A program made the position numbers and the translations under genes. A stretch of 42,999 nt of DNA from Kagunavirus LM08P2, in sequence record OZ035738.1, one strand, 5' to 3'. Below the pieces are notes generated by a model. It had not been told where the DNA came from and did no database searches. It saw only the letters and a list, made by a program, of their open reading frames with translations. Below, in pieces: positions 1-8,272 of this stretch; position 1 is the stretch's first letter; each line of letters opens with the position of its first letter.

Positions 1-29
1 GTAACAACGAACATGGGCGAGGTGGAGGA

Positions 30-1280
30 ATGAGCATTCAGCTATCCGCACCACAGGCGTTGTTCCTGAACTGCGATAACAAATACAAAGCCTACGTCGG
101 CGGCTTCGGCAGTGGCAAGACATTTGTTGGCTGTCTCGACCTGCTCACATTTATGCTCAAGCACCCCGGTACGCGCCTTGGCTACTTCGGCCCGACATAC
201 CCCGCTATTCGTGACATCTTCTACCCGACATTTGAGGAAGCGGCTAACCTGCTCGGCCTTGATGTGCTGGTTAAATCCGGCGACAAAGAAGTCGTGGTTA
301 CTCGCGGTAAGACGGCGATCGGGACAGTTATCTGCCGTTCGATGGATAACCCTGGTTCGATAGTCGGCTTCAAAATCGCCGCGGCGGTCGTGGATGAACT
401 GGACGTATTGAGCCGCGAGAAAGCTGAGCTGGCGTGGAACAAAATTGTCGCCCGTATGCGTCTGGTTATCCCGGGCGTAACCAACCACATCTCCGTCACC
501 ACGACGCCGGAAGGGTTCAAGTTCGTCTATGCCAAGTTCAAAGATAACCCGACGCCGAGTTACTCAATGGTGCAGGCATCAACTCACGAGAACGCGCGAT
601 TCCTGCCGCCTGACTACATTAGCTCGCTGACCGAGACTTACCCGGCGCAACTGATTAACGCGTACCTGAATGGTGAGTTCGTCAACCTGACCTCCGGCAG
701 CGTCTACTACGCCTACGACCGCCGTAAGCACCGCAGCAAAGAGACAATTCAACCTGGCGACACGCTGTACATCGGGCAGGACTTCAACGTTACGAAGAAC
801 GCCAGCGCCGTTTATGTGCAGCGTAAAGACGGCTGGCACGCGGTAGCAGAGCTGAAAGGTCTGTTCGATACGCCGGATACTGTGCGCGTAATTACTGAGA
901 AGTGGAAGTCACATGGGCACCGCATCGTCGTTTACCCTGACGCCAGCGGCAAGAACCGCAAGACCAACTCGGCATCAATCTCAGATATTGCGTTACTCCA
1001 GCAGGCTGGGTTCGATGTTCGCGCTAAATCCGCCAACCCCCCGGTTAAAGACCGTGTTTTAGCGGTGAATACCGCGCTGGAAAAAGGTAAGCTGTGGGTC
1101 AACGACCACTTATGCCCTGAGATAGCCAAGACGCTTGAGCAGCAGGCGTACGACGATAACGGCGAGCCCGCTAAAGACGGCATCATCGACCATATGGCGG
1201 ATGCTCTCGGCTATCCGGTAGTTTACGAGATGCCGGTGGTTAAACCAGTAATCAACATCCCGGTGACTTTTGCACTTTAA
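30..1280 (+). CDS. terL: Terminase large subunit
   Basis: 416-aa ORF with Walker A P-loop VGGFGSGKT near the N-terminus; ATG at 30 overlaps (ATGA) the stop of the small-terminase frame that continues from the window end; followed by portal gene. Confidence 0.8.
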   Translation: MSIQLSAPQALFLNCDNKYKAYVGGFGSGKTFVGCLDLLTFMLKHPGTRLGYFGPTYPAIRDIFYPTFEEAANLLGLDVLVKSGDKEVVVTRGKTAIGTVICRSMDNPGSIVGFKIAAAVVDELDVLSREKAELAWNKIVARMRLVIPGVTNHISVTTTPEGFKFVYAKFKDNPTPSYSMVQASTHENARFLPPDYISSLTETYPAQLINAYLNGEFVNLTSGSVYYAYDRRKHRSKETIQPGDTLYIGQDFNVTKNASAVYVQRKDGWHAVAELKGLFDTPDTVRVITEKWKSHGHRIVVYPDASGKNRKTNSASISDIALLQQAGFDVRAKSANPPVKDRVLAVNTALEKGKLWVNDHLCPEIAKTLEQQAYDDNGEPAKDGIIDHMADALGYPVVYEMPVVKPVINIPVTFAL

Positions 1281-1292
1281 GAGGATTATTCA

Positions 1293-2774
1293 ATGTTAAC
1301 TATGAACGGTCAGAATCAGGGTGTTAAGACAAAACACCGGGAATGGCTGCATCACTTCGATAAATGGCAGAAGGTGCGCCACGCACTGGAAGGCGACCTT
1401 ATCCGTTACCTGCGCAACGTCGGGAAGAACGAGCCGGACCCTAAATATGCAGCACAGCGCCAGGAAGAATACGAGAACGGTGCTATCTGCTACAACTTCA
1501 CAAAACGTACCCTGGCGGGGATGGTGGGGTCGGTGATGCGCAAAGACCCGGAACAGATTATTCCGCCCGAGCTTGAGTACCTGTTACACAATGCCGACGG
1601 TTCAGGTGTCGGGCTGTGGCAGCACGCACAGGATACGCTGATGGAGATTGACTCAGTAGGCCGTGGTGGGTTGCTGGTGGACGCGCCGGAGACAGCCGCA
1701 GCAACGGCAGCCGAACAGAACGCAGGATTATTAAACCCGGTCATCGCATTCTACACCGCAGAGAACATCATAAACTGGCGACTGACTCGCGTCGGTTCTG
1801 TTAACCGCGTGACGATGGTCGTGTTGCGTGAGGTGTGGGAATACTCAGAACCGGGCGCTGAGTTCGAAACAAAGTTCGGTGAGCAATACCGCGTTCTCGA
1901 TTTGATTGACGGGCGCTATCGCCAGCGCATTTACCGCTTCGATGCAGAAGGTGGTGCACAGGGTGAAGTAAAAGTAATATTCCCGGAACTCGGCGGACAG
2001 TTGCGCGGAAAAATCCCGTTCACGTTCATTGGCGCAAGCAACAACGACGCCACCATCGACGACGCGCCTTTGCTGCCGTTAGCTGAGCTTAATATCGGGC
2101 ACTTCCGCAACAGCGCGGACAATGAGGAGTCCAGCTTCGTTGTAGGCCAGCCTACTTTGTTCATCGCCCCTGGTGAGAACATGAGTATGGAGCAGTGGAA
2201 AGAAGCAAACCCTCACGGCGTGCGCATGGGGTCGCGTTCTGGCCATAACATTGGTTACGGCGGCAATGCGTTTCTGGTTCAGGCGGGAGAGAACAACCTC
2301 GCCAAGCAGAACATGCTGGATAAAGAGAATCAGGCAATCCAGATTGGCGCACAGCTTATCACCCCGACGCAGCAAATCACCGCTGAATCGGCACGCCTGC
2401 AACGCGGCGCCGACACGTCAGTTATGGCGACAATCGCACGGAACGTAAGCATGGCGTACACCGATGCGTTGCGCTGGGTGGCCGCGATGCTCGGATTGCG
2501 TGAAGGCACAGAGATTGAGTTCAAACTGAATATGGAGTTCTTCCTGCAACCGATGACCGCTCAGGACCGTGCTCAGTGGATGGCAGATATTAACGCGGGC
2601 CTGTTACCGGCTACTGCTTATTACGCAGCATTGCGTAAGGCCGGTGTAACTGACTGGACTGACGAAGACATTCAGAACGCTATCGAAGACGCGCCGCTGC
2701 CGTTAGGTGCTGTTACTCAGGTAGCGGGAGAGATTCCGCAGTCGTCGCAGCAACAGGACACCACCCAGCAGTAA
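1293..2774 (+). CDS. Portal protein (by position and size)
   Basis: 493-aa ORF directly downstream of terL with GAGGA Shine-Dalgarno; no motif I can verify by eye. Confidence 0.6.
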   Translation: MLTMNGQNQGVKTKHREWLHHFDKWQKVRHALEGDLIRYLRNVGKNEPDPKYAAQRQEEYENGAICYNFTKRTLAGMVGSVMRKDPEQIIPPELEYLLHNADGSGVGLWQHAQDTLMEIDSVGRGGLLVDAPETAAATAAEQNAGLLNPVIAFYTAENIINWRLTRVGSVNRVTMVVLREVWEYSEPGAEFETKFGEQYRVLDLIDGRYRQRIYRFDAEGGAQGEVKVIFPELGGQLRGKIPFTFIGASNNDATIDDAPLLPLAELNIGHFRNSADNEESSFVVGQPTLFIAPGENMSMEQWKEANPHGVRMGSRSGHNIGYGGNAFLVQAGENNLAKQNMLDKENQAIQIGAQLITPTQQITAESARLQRGADTSVMATIARNVSMAYTDALRWVAAMLGLREGTEIEFKLNMEFFLQPMTAQDRAQWMADINAGLLPATAYYAALRKAGVTDWTDEDIQNAIEDAPLPLGAVTQVAGEIPQSSQQQDTTQQ

Positions 2775-2810
2775 GTTAACATATAGCCCCGAAAGGGGCT
2801 TTCCTATAGT

Positions 2811-3887
2811 ATGCTATTAACTTTAGCGTCACAGGGTTTATCTATGAGCTTACTTACATCCCTAATCAGCCACCAGATATGGCTGCAACGCGCCGCATCC
2901 GGTGAAGTGAAAGACCTCGCGCCGTTCATTCAGGAAATGCGGGACGAAATCAAACGGCAGGTGCTGTTATTCGGTGACGACGGTCGCAGCACCGAGCGGC
3001 TGAATAAACTGTTACGCGACCTCGAAGAAGCACTGGCAGGGCTTACAGGCGACTGGCAAACAAAGCTGACAGAAGACCTTAAGGAACTGGCGGCGTATGA
3101 GGCTGAGTGGAACGTAAAAACGCTGACGGCTAACGTTAACGCGGAATTTGTTACACCTACCGCTGAGCAGGTGTGGGCCGCTGCTGAGTTTCAACCATTA
3201 TCGTTAAGCGACAAGCCCGTCGATTTCACTAAGCTGATGGATGGCTGGGGTGAAACGGAAGTCGCGCGCCTGGTAACCGGCGTTAAGATGGGCTTTGTCC
3301 AAGGCCAGACGACACGGCAGATTGTTAAGAATGTTGTTGGCGCTGGTGGGCTGGCGGACATCTCCGAGCGTAACGCAGCTACGGTAATCCGCACCGCGCT
3401 GTCGCACGTGTCCAACGAAGCACGTAACGAGACGTACCGTCAGAACGACGACATCATCGAGAAGTACGAGTGGGTGTCAACGCTGGACAGCCGTACCAGT
3501 ACGATTTGCAGAGCCAGGGACGGAATGACGTGGGAAATTGGTAAAGGGCCAATGCCGCCAGCCCATCCGAATTGTCGGTCGTGCACGGCTCCGGTAATCA
3601 GTTCAGAGTTCGACTTCCTCGATAAAGGCGCAAAACGGGCGGCTAAGGGTGCAGATGGCGGTACTCAGGTAAACGCAGACACCACTTATTACGAGTTTCT
3701 GAAACAACAACCGGCGTGGTTTCAGGACCAGGCGCTCGGCCCGGTGCGAGGTAAGATTTTCCGTAACAGCGGTATATCGCCGGAAGAGTTTCGCGTAATA
3801 TCTGTAGATGGTTTCGGGAATCCGCTCACGCTTAAGCAGATGGCGGAACTCGATAAACGTGTTGCTGATTATCTGAAAGGGGATTAA
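2811..3887 (+). CDS. Head morphogenesis protein, Mu F / SPP1 gp7-like
   Basis: 358 aa; C-terminal region LDSRTSTICRARDG...HPNCRSC resembles the conserved Mu-F family core; position after portal. No clear SD; start could be ATG at 2844. Confidence 0.55.
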   Translation: MLLTLASQGLSMSLLTSLISHQIWLQRAASGEVKDLAPFIQEMRDEIKRQVLLFGDDGRSTERLNKLLRDLEEALAGLTGDWQTKLTEDLKELAAYEAEWNVKTLTANVNAEFVTPTAEQVWAAAEFQPLSLSDKPVDFTKLMDGWGETEVARLVTGVKMGFVQGQTTRQIVKNVVGAGGLADISERNAATVIRTALSHVSNEARNETYRQNDDIIEKYEWVSTLDSRTSTICRARDGMTWEIGKGPMPPAHPNCRSCTAPVISSEFDFLDKGAKRAAKGADGGTQVNADTTYYEFLKQQPAWFQDQALGPVRGKIFRNSGISPEEFRVISVDGFGNPLTLKQMAELDKRVADYLKGD

Positions 3888-4348
3888 TGATGGGCTTTTT
3901 CAAAGTAACTGATGTACCTTCACGTCGTGTAGTCCAGTACGCCCGAGTGTCTGGCTCTGGCGAGAACGTGGTATTTATTGAAGACGAAAGTGTACTGGGT
4001 GCGCCAGTGGACGATATGCCGTTTGCAGATAAAACCGGTATTGCGTTACCCGCTGCCGGCATGCTTTACGAGATTCCGTATCTGGCGGACGCTGGTGACG
4101 TGTACTTCTCTGTGCAACCGCAGGACGTTGAACTGGCAGACGGCAGCGCGACTCTCACTGTCGAAGTTAAGGCGGGCAAAGCACCACACGCGCTGACCTG
4201 GTACAAAGACGGTAAGGAAGTGGTAAACGCCCCGGAAGAGGCTTTGTCTCTTACGGTTAACGCGGCAGGCGAATACTTCGTTAAAGTTACTGATGCCGAT
4301 GGAGTAGAGGCCGTGAGTAAAGCGGCGAAGGTTACTAAGCCTGAATGA
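3887..4348 (+). CDS. Ig-like domain protein (possible head decoration)
   Basis: 153 aa; C-terminal LTWYKDGKEV...GEYFVKVTDADG pattern typical of bacterial Ig-like domains; TAATG overlap with upstream gene. Confidence 0.45.
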   Translation: MMGFFKVTDVPSRRVVQYARVSGSGENVVFIEDESVLGAPVDDMPFADKTGIALPAAGMLYEIPYLADAGDVYFSVQPQDVELADGSATLTVEVKAGKAPHALTWYKDGKEVVNAPEEALSLTVNAAGEYFVKVTDADGVEAVSKAAKVTKPE

Positions 4349-4350
4349 TA

Positions 4351-4378
4351 AAAGGCCCCATTACGGGGCCTTAGTTTT
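4351..4378. terminator. Bidirectional intrinsic terminator between convergent genes
   Basis: AAGGCCCC-ATTAC-GGGGCCTT hairpin flanked by A-run upstream and T-run downstream, between + gene ending 4348 and - gene ending 4377. Confidence 0.6.
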
Positions 4379-4622
4379 ATCGCACTCTCATAAATAGCTT
4401 ACCTTTGCGCTGTAACAAATCCATGCCAACTGCACCTTCACCAGATTTGTTCGGACGGCGCATTAAACTAAAGTTCCATACTCTAGCTTTTGAAGCATCT
4501 TTCGCATTGCACACCCAAAGTCTGCCGCTTTCTCTTAGGTCAAATAAGTCCGATATACTGAAATTATTAACCGGTATGAACCCGCTAATGAACTCACGTT
4601 CGCAACTAGGTAATTCCTGCAT
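4377..4622 (-). CDS. Hypothetical protein, opposite-strand insert in head module
   Basis: 81-aa ORF on minus strand with strong SD (GAGGAGGG) upstream of ATG at 4622 and its own promoter at 4649-4677. Confidence 0.5.
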   Translation of the reverse strand: MQELPSCEREFISGFIPVNNFSISDLFDLRESGRLWVCNAKDASKARVWNFSLMRRPNKSGEGAVGMDLLQRKGKLFMRVR

Positions 4623-4648
4623 ACACCCTCCTCGTTTCGATGTAATGA

Positions 4649-4677
4649 ATAGTACCCTATTATATTGGTGTGTGCAA
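4649..4677 (-). promoter_or_regulatory. Sigma70-like promoter, family 2 (TTGCAC-N17-TACTAT)
   Basis: Read on minus strand: TTGCACACACCAATATAATAGGGTACTAT; near-identical copies at 13790-13818(-), 36393-36421(+), 37829-37857(+). Confidence 0.5.
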
Positions 4678-4690
4678 ACTATTTATTTAC

Positions 4691-4743
4691 GTATTCCAGT
4701 TATTCCACTCAATTGTAAATGTTGGAATAAACTATTCGAATAG
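4691..4743. promoter_or_regulatory. Cluster of TGGAATA/TATTCCA repeats upstream of promoter at 4744
   Basis: TATTCCA at 4692-4698 and 4701-4707 with inverted partner TGGAATA at 4723-4729; similar TGGAATA pair at 5485-5512. Confidence 0.4.
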
Positions 4744-4772
4744 TTGACTTTTCACTAAAAATGTGCTAAGCT
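4744..4772 (+). promoter_or_regulatory. Promoter TTGACT-N17-TAAGCT (TG-extended), copy 1
   Basis: TTGACTTTTCACTAAAAATGTGCTAAGCT; nearly identical sequence at 36084-36112. Confidence 0.5.
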
Positions 4773-4779
4773 CCACCTG

Positions 4780-4978
4780 AGCTTGTGAAGTATGAACAAG
4801 CGACCGCGGCGCGGGCAGGTAACGGAGCGGGACGTAAGTCCTGAGTGTAGTTACGCTGACGCGTTCGGAAGGGCCATACTCTATTGCTTGTGTAAAAAGT
4901 AACTGGTTTACTGAGATTACGCCGTTTCTATGTTTAAATGATAAGGACTAGCGCCCCGCTTTATGGCGGGGCTTTACT
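4780..4978 (+). ncRNA. Candidate structured noncoding RNA / leader element, copy 1
   Basis: About 110 nt downstream of the promoter is conserved with the copy at 36119-36230; contains hairpins with compensatory differences between copies; no ORF conserved between copies; ends at a GC-rich hairpin plus T-run at 4951-4978. Confidence 0.45.
4951..4978 (+). terminator. Intrinsic terminator
   Basis: GCGCCCCGC-TTTATG-GCGGGGC followed by TTTACTT, immediately upstream of the spanin RBS. Confidence 0.55.
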
Positions 4979-4996
4979 TATCGAGAAAGGAGAAAC

Positions 4997-5383
4997 ATGA
5001 ATCTTAAAGCAACTGTCGTAGCAGGAGCATGTTTCATCATCCTGTTATACACGCACGGCTACTATCAATACCGCAGCGGCTGGAACGGAGGCAGGGCTAA
5101 TCTAGTTTCGCAGCAACAGCAGAAAGCACAGGCTGAGTTAGCGAAGAAAACACAACGGCAGCAGCAGGACGAATCAAAGGCCGCCGCCGCTGACAACGAA
5201 GGCAAGACGAAATCAGAGGTGATTACCCGTGAAGTCGTTAAGTACATTAAAACGCCTGGCCGCAGCGTGTGCACTTTCGACGATGCTCGCGTCCTGCTCA
5301 AGTCCCGCGCCGTCGCAAACGCCAATTCCATCCCCGGATACGACGATGATGCAGCCGCCATGCAAACTGGCCGCGCCAAGTAG
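4997..5383 (+). CDS. i-spanin (Rz-like inner membrane spanin)
   Basis: 128 aa; N-terminal hydrophobic TMD (ATVVAGACFIILLY) then Q/A/K/E-rich predicted coiled coil; overlapped by a lipoprotein ORF in another frame; strong SD AAAGGAGAAA. Confidence 0.55.
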   Translation: MNLKATVVAGACFIILLYTHGYYQYRSGWNGGRANLVSQQQQKAQAELAKKTQRQQQDESKAAAADNEGKTKSEVITREVVKYIKTPGRSVCTFDDARVLLKSRAVANANSIPGYDDDAAAMQTGRAK

Positions 5384-5492
5384 CGATGCCGATGAGGATT
5401 TAGCCATTGACGTTCAGAACACAGAATGTGTACGGCAACTGCGTCTGAAAGTGTTCATGTTGCAGGATTACGTGAGGAATATTCTGGAATAG
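5229..5492 (+). CDS. o-spanin (Rz1-like outer membrane lipoprotein)
   Basis: 87 aa from GTG start with SD GAGGTGA; signal peptide ending in lipobox LASC; proline-rich mature region; begins inside the i-spanin gene in the +1 frame and extends past its stop. Confidence 0.55.
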   Translation: MKSLSTLKRLAAACALSTMLASCSSPAPSQTPIPSPDTTMMQPPCKLAAPSSDADEDLAIDVQNTECVRQLRLKVFMLQDYVRNILE

Positions 5493-5526
5493 TTGCCTTG
5501 CATGTTGGAATAATTTATTCTTGACA
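5475..5526. promoter_or_regulatory. TGGAATA repeat cluster and promoter-like region upstream of scaffold/capsid genes
   Basis: GAATATTC palindrome 5477-5484, TGGAATA at 5485-5491 and 5506-5512, TTGACA at 5521-5526; shares TGTTGGAATAA...TATTC...TTGAC with 4720-4749. Confidence 0.35.
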
Positions 5527-5574
5527 TGTAAATCCGGGTGGCCCGGGTTCCAACGTCCAGGGGACATACTGACT

Positions 5575-6276
5575 ATGAATCGTTTTTTACGTTATCCGTT
5601 CCAGGAAGAAGCTGGGGCAGAAGATAAAGCTGGTGGCGGTGACGCGCCGAAAATGTTCACCGCTGAAGAAGTTCAGGCGCTGATTGAGAAAGAAGTTGCC
5701 GGGCTTAAGGCCAATCAGGAAGCATTGCTGGCGGAGAAGAAAGAAGCCGCTCGTAAAGCAAAAGAGGCCGAAGAAGAACGGCAGCGCGCGCACCAGGAGG
5801 CGTTAAAAGCCGCTGGTAAGATGGACGAGTTCGAAAAGACGATTCGTAGCCAGTATGACCCGGTGTTAGCCGAGAAAGATGGTCGCATCTCCAAAATGGC
5901 AGAGCGTATCCTCGGCAGTGAACGTAAAGCGGTGTTAGGCTCTTTCGCGGGCGACTTTATTACCCCGGAAGCAGTAGACATTCTTGCTCCGTTCGTTAAG
6001 ACTGAGTTCGAAGGCGATGACGTGGTTACTAAGTTTGTTGGTGCGGATGGCAACGTAATCACGACTGACCCGGAACAGTTCCGCAAATACCTGCGTGAAC
6101 ACAAAGCATTTTCGCATTTGATTAAAGCAAATGCAGCTTCCGGCGGCGGGGCTTCCGGTAGCAAAGGCGGCGGGGCCGCACCAGCGTTTAAAGACATGAG
6201 TGAAGCGGAGCGTTTAGCTCTGTATAAATCGAACCCTGCCGAATTTGAACGGCAACTTAAAGCCCTGAGGAAATAA
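5575..6276 (+). CDS. Scaffolding protein (putative)
   Basis: ORF track start 5521 is TTG; first ATG at 5575. Ala/Glu/Lys-rich, predicted coiled coil (EKKEAARKAKEAEEERQRAHQEALKAAGK), immediately upstream of major capsid gene. Confidence 0.5.
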   Translation: MNRFLRYPFQEEAGAEDKAGGGDAPKMFTAEEVQALIEKEVAGLKANQEALLAEKKEAARKAKEAEEERQRAHQEALKAAGKMDEFEKTIRSQYDPVLAEKDGRISKMAERILGSERKAVLGSFAGDFITPEAVDILAPFVKTEFEGDDVVTKFVGADGNVITTDPEQFRKYLREHKAFSHLIKANAASGGGASGSKGGGAAPAFKDMSEAERLALYKSNPAEFERQLKALRK

Positions 6277-6278
6277 TA

Positions 6279-7328
6279 ATGGCAATTACCACTATCGGCG
6301 ATATCGTAACTGGCAACATCCCGGTCCTGGCGTCTTATATGACCGAGGACCCGGTAGAAAAAACCGCGTTCTTTCAGTCAGGTATTTTGACCCCGACTCC
6401 GTACGCTGCCGAGATTGCTCGCGGCCCGTCCAACGTCGCTAACATTCCTTTCTGGAAAGCGATTGATACCTCTATCGAGCCTAACTACTCGAACGACGTA
6501 TACCAGGACATCGCCACCCCGCGTAACGTGCAGACCGGTGAGATGATGGCCCGCGTTGCATACCTGAACGAAGGTTTCGGTCAGGCGGACCTGACTGTCG
6601 AACTGACCAGCCAGAACCCGCTGCAATCTGTGGCTTCTCGCCTGGATAACTTCTGGCAGCGCCAGGCACAACGCCGTCTTATTGCTACCGCGCTCGGTCT
6701 GTACAATGACAACGTAGCCGCTACCGACGCATACCACGAGCAGAACGACATGGTAATCGACGTGTCTGCTACTCTGGGCTTCGATGCGGGCGCGTTCATC
6801 GACGCTACCCAGACTATGGGTGATGCGCTGATTGGCAACGGCGGTGAAGTGCTGGGTGCTATCGCGATGCACAGCTTCGTATATGCGCAGGCCCGTAAGC
6901 AGCAGCTTATTGACTTCATCAAAGACGCTGACAACGACACCATGTTTGCCACCTACCAGGGCTACCGCGTGATTGTTGACGACAGCATGACCGTAGTCGG
7001 TACCGGCCCTAGCCGTAAGTTCATCTCCATCATCTTCGGCAACGGCGCTATCGGTTACGGTGAAGGTAATCCGTCCAACCCGCTGGAATACGAACGTGAA
7101 GCGTCTCGCGGTAACGGCGGCGGCGTAGAAACCCTGTGGACCCGTAAGACCTGGTTGCTGCACCCACTGGGCTACAGCTTCACCAGCGCAGTAATCACCG
7201 GCAATGGCACCGAGACTACACCGCGCTCCGCTTCCTGGCAGGACCTGGCGAACGCCTCCAACTGGAACCGTGTTGTTGAACGTAAGCATGTACCGATTGC
7301 CTTCCTGGTAACTGGTGTCGGGGCTTAA
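6279..7328 (+). CDS. Major capsid protein
   Basis: 349-aa ORF after scaffold gene with SD GAGGAAA; followed by a strong intrinsic terminator, typical of a highly expressed capsid gene. Confidence 0.7.
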   Translation: MAITTIGDIVTGNIPVLASYMTEDPVEKTAFFQSGILTPTPYAAEIARGPSNVANIPFWKAIDTSIEPNYSNDVYQDIATPRNVQTGEMMARVAYLNEGFGQADLTVELTSQNPLQSVASRLDNFWQRQAQRRLIATALGLYNDNVAATDAYHEQNDMVIDVSATLGFDAGAFIDATQTMGDALIGNGGEVLGAIAMHSFVYAQARKQQLIDFIKDADNDTMFATYQGYRVIVDDSMTVVGTGPSRKFISIIFGNGAIGYGEGNPSNPLEYEREASRGNGGGVETLWTRKTWLLHPLGYSFTSAVITGNGTETTPRSASWQDLANASNWNRVVERKHVPIAFLVTGVGA

Positions 7329-7342
7329 GGTTAAGCTATAAT

Positions 7343-7372
7343 CGAGAGGGACTTCGGTCCCTCTTTTCATTT
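7343..7372 (+). terminator. Intrinsic terminator after major capsid gene
   Basis: GAGAGGGAC-TTCG-GTCCCTCTTTTCATTT. Confidence 0.7.
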
Positions 7373-7387
7373 ACTAAGAGGTAAATT

Positions 7388-7687
7388 ATGGCTAAGACCG
7401 GAAAAGGCTTGCCCCGCAGCCTTAAGAACGTTGACTTTGGCGACCTGGATATTCCCGTTACGCCTGCTACTACCAGCGTAGTTGGCGGGGTTAAAAAGTC
7501 GGCTACTGTAGCTGCTCCCGCGGCCATTACCGCTGCTGCCGGAGTTCAGGCCGCCGCAGACCCGACTAAGGCAGAGTTTGATGCGCTTGTAGCGGAGTAC
7601 AATAAACTCCGAACCGATGTTACCGCGCTGCGCGCTACCGTAGCGAACCTGTTAACCGCGCTTAAAAACGCAGGAACTGTAAGCTAA
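7388..7687 (+). CDS. Hypothetical Ala-rich structural protein
   Basis: 99-aa ORF with SD; position in head module. Confidence 0.4.
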   Translation: MAKTGKGLPRSLKNVDFGDLDIPVTPATTSVVGGVKKSATVAAPAAITAAAGVQAAADPTKAEFDALVAEYNKLRTDVTALRATVANLLTALKNAGTVS

Positions 7688-7699
7688 AGGAGCTTAAAA

Positions 7700-8053
7700 A
7701 TGGTTGATGTAATTAAACGTCGCATTACTGGTGTCTCCGACGACTCCCCGGCCGATGGTCAGGTAGAAATCGACATGGCAAATATCTCACCGGCATCTTT
7801 TTCTACCGCGCTTGCGGCTACCACCGCTGTTACCGCACCCGCGGCATTGACTCTTACCGTAGTTGTTACCGGCGGGCTGGCTCCTTATTCCTATCAGTGG
7901 TTCAAGGATAACAACGCCATCGCAGGCGCTACCGCGGCTACGTACACCAAAGCCACCACTGTCGCATCTACCGATTCTGGTACGTATAAAGTGGTTGTCC
8001 AGGATGTATATGGTAATATTATCTCCAGTAGCTCCGTAGTAACGGTATCTTAA
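7700..8053 (+). CDS. Ig-like domain protein
   Basis: 117 aa; YSYQWFKDNNAIAGA...GTYKVVVQD pattern similar to the Ig-like C-terminus of the 3887-4348 product. Confidence 0.45.
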   Translation: MVDVIKRRITGVSDDSPADGQVEIDMANISPASFSTALAATTAVTAPAALTLTVVVTGGLAPYSYQWFKDNNAIAGATAATYTKATTVASTDSGTYKVVVQDVYGNIISSSSVVTVS

Positions 8054-8089
8054 TACAACGGCCCTTCGGGGCCGTAATAAGGAAAGGTC

Positions 8090-8269
8090 ATGGCAGATAA
8101 TTATGTAATCCGCGAAAAGTACACCCACGTTGGTGTTGTTGACGGTCAGGTAATGCCTGTTCGCGGTGTTGTAGAACCGGATGAGCTTGTGGCAACGCAA
8201 CCAGATAACGAAGAAGCGCACAACAACGGCGGTGGTACTAAACGTCGTCGCCGTAAGTCAGAGGAATAA
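8090..8269 (+). CDS. Small hypothetical protein (59 aa) with basic C-terminus
   Basis: Hand-translated ORF below the 60-aa track cutoff; SD AAGGAAAGG upstream of ATG 8090; ends GGGTKRRRRKSEE. Confidence 0.35.
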   Translation: MADNYVIREKYTHVGVVDGQVMPVRGVVEPDELVATQPDNEEAHNNGGGTKRRRRKSEE

Positions 8270-8272
8270 TTT

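Noticed and set aside
42-520. Minus- and plus-strand ORFs overlapping terL (42-488, 112-363, 221-520)
   Set aside because: Overlap the Walker-A-containing terminase frame; no independent signals
4405-4743. 112-aa plus-strand ORF across the 4377-4677 region
   Set aside because: Overlaps the better-supported minus-strand gene and its promoter, no SD; treated as spurious
4780-4886. Hammerhead ribozyme or tRNA-like fold in the duplicated element
   Set aside because: CUGA is present but the CUGANGA and GAAA core elements are not in the required arrangement; no T-loop GTTCRANYC or CCA end; cannot support either call
4791-4907. 38-codon ORF inside copy 1 of the duplicated element
   Set aside because: Not conserved in copy 2 (no ATG, early stop in the same frame) and weak SD; the element is more likely noncoding
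6378-7370. 330-aa ORF on the minus strand antisense to the major capsid gene
   Set aside because: Fully inside and antisense to a well-supported gene, no SD or promoter; typical shadow ORF
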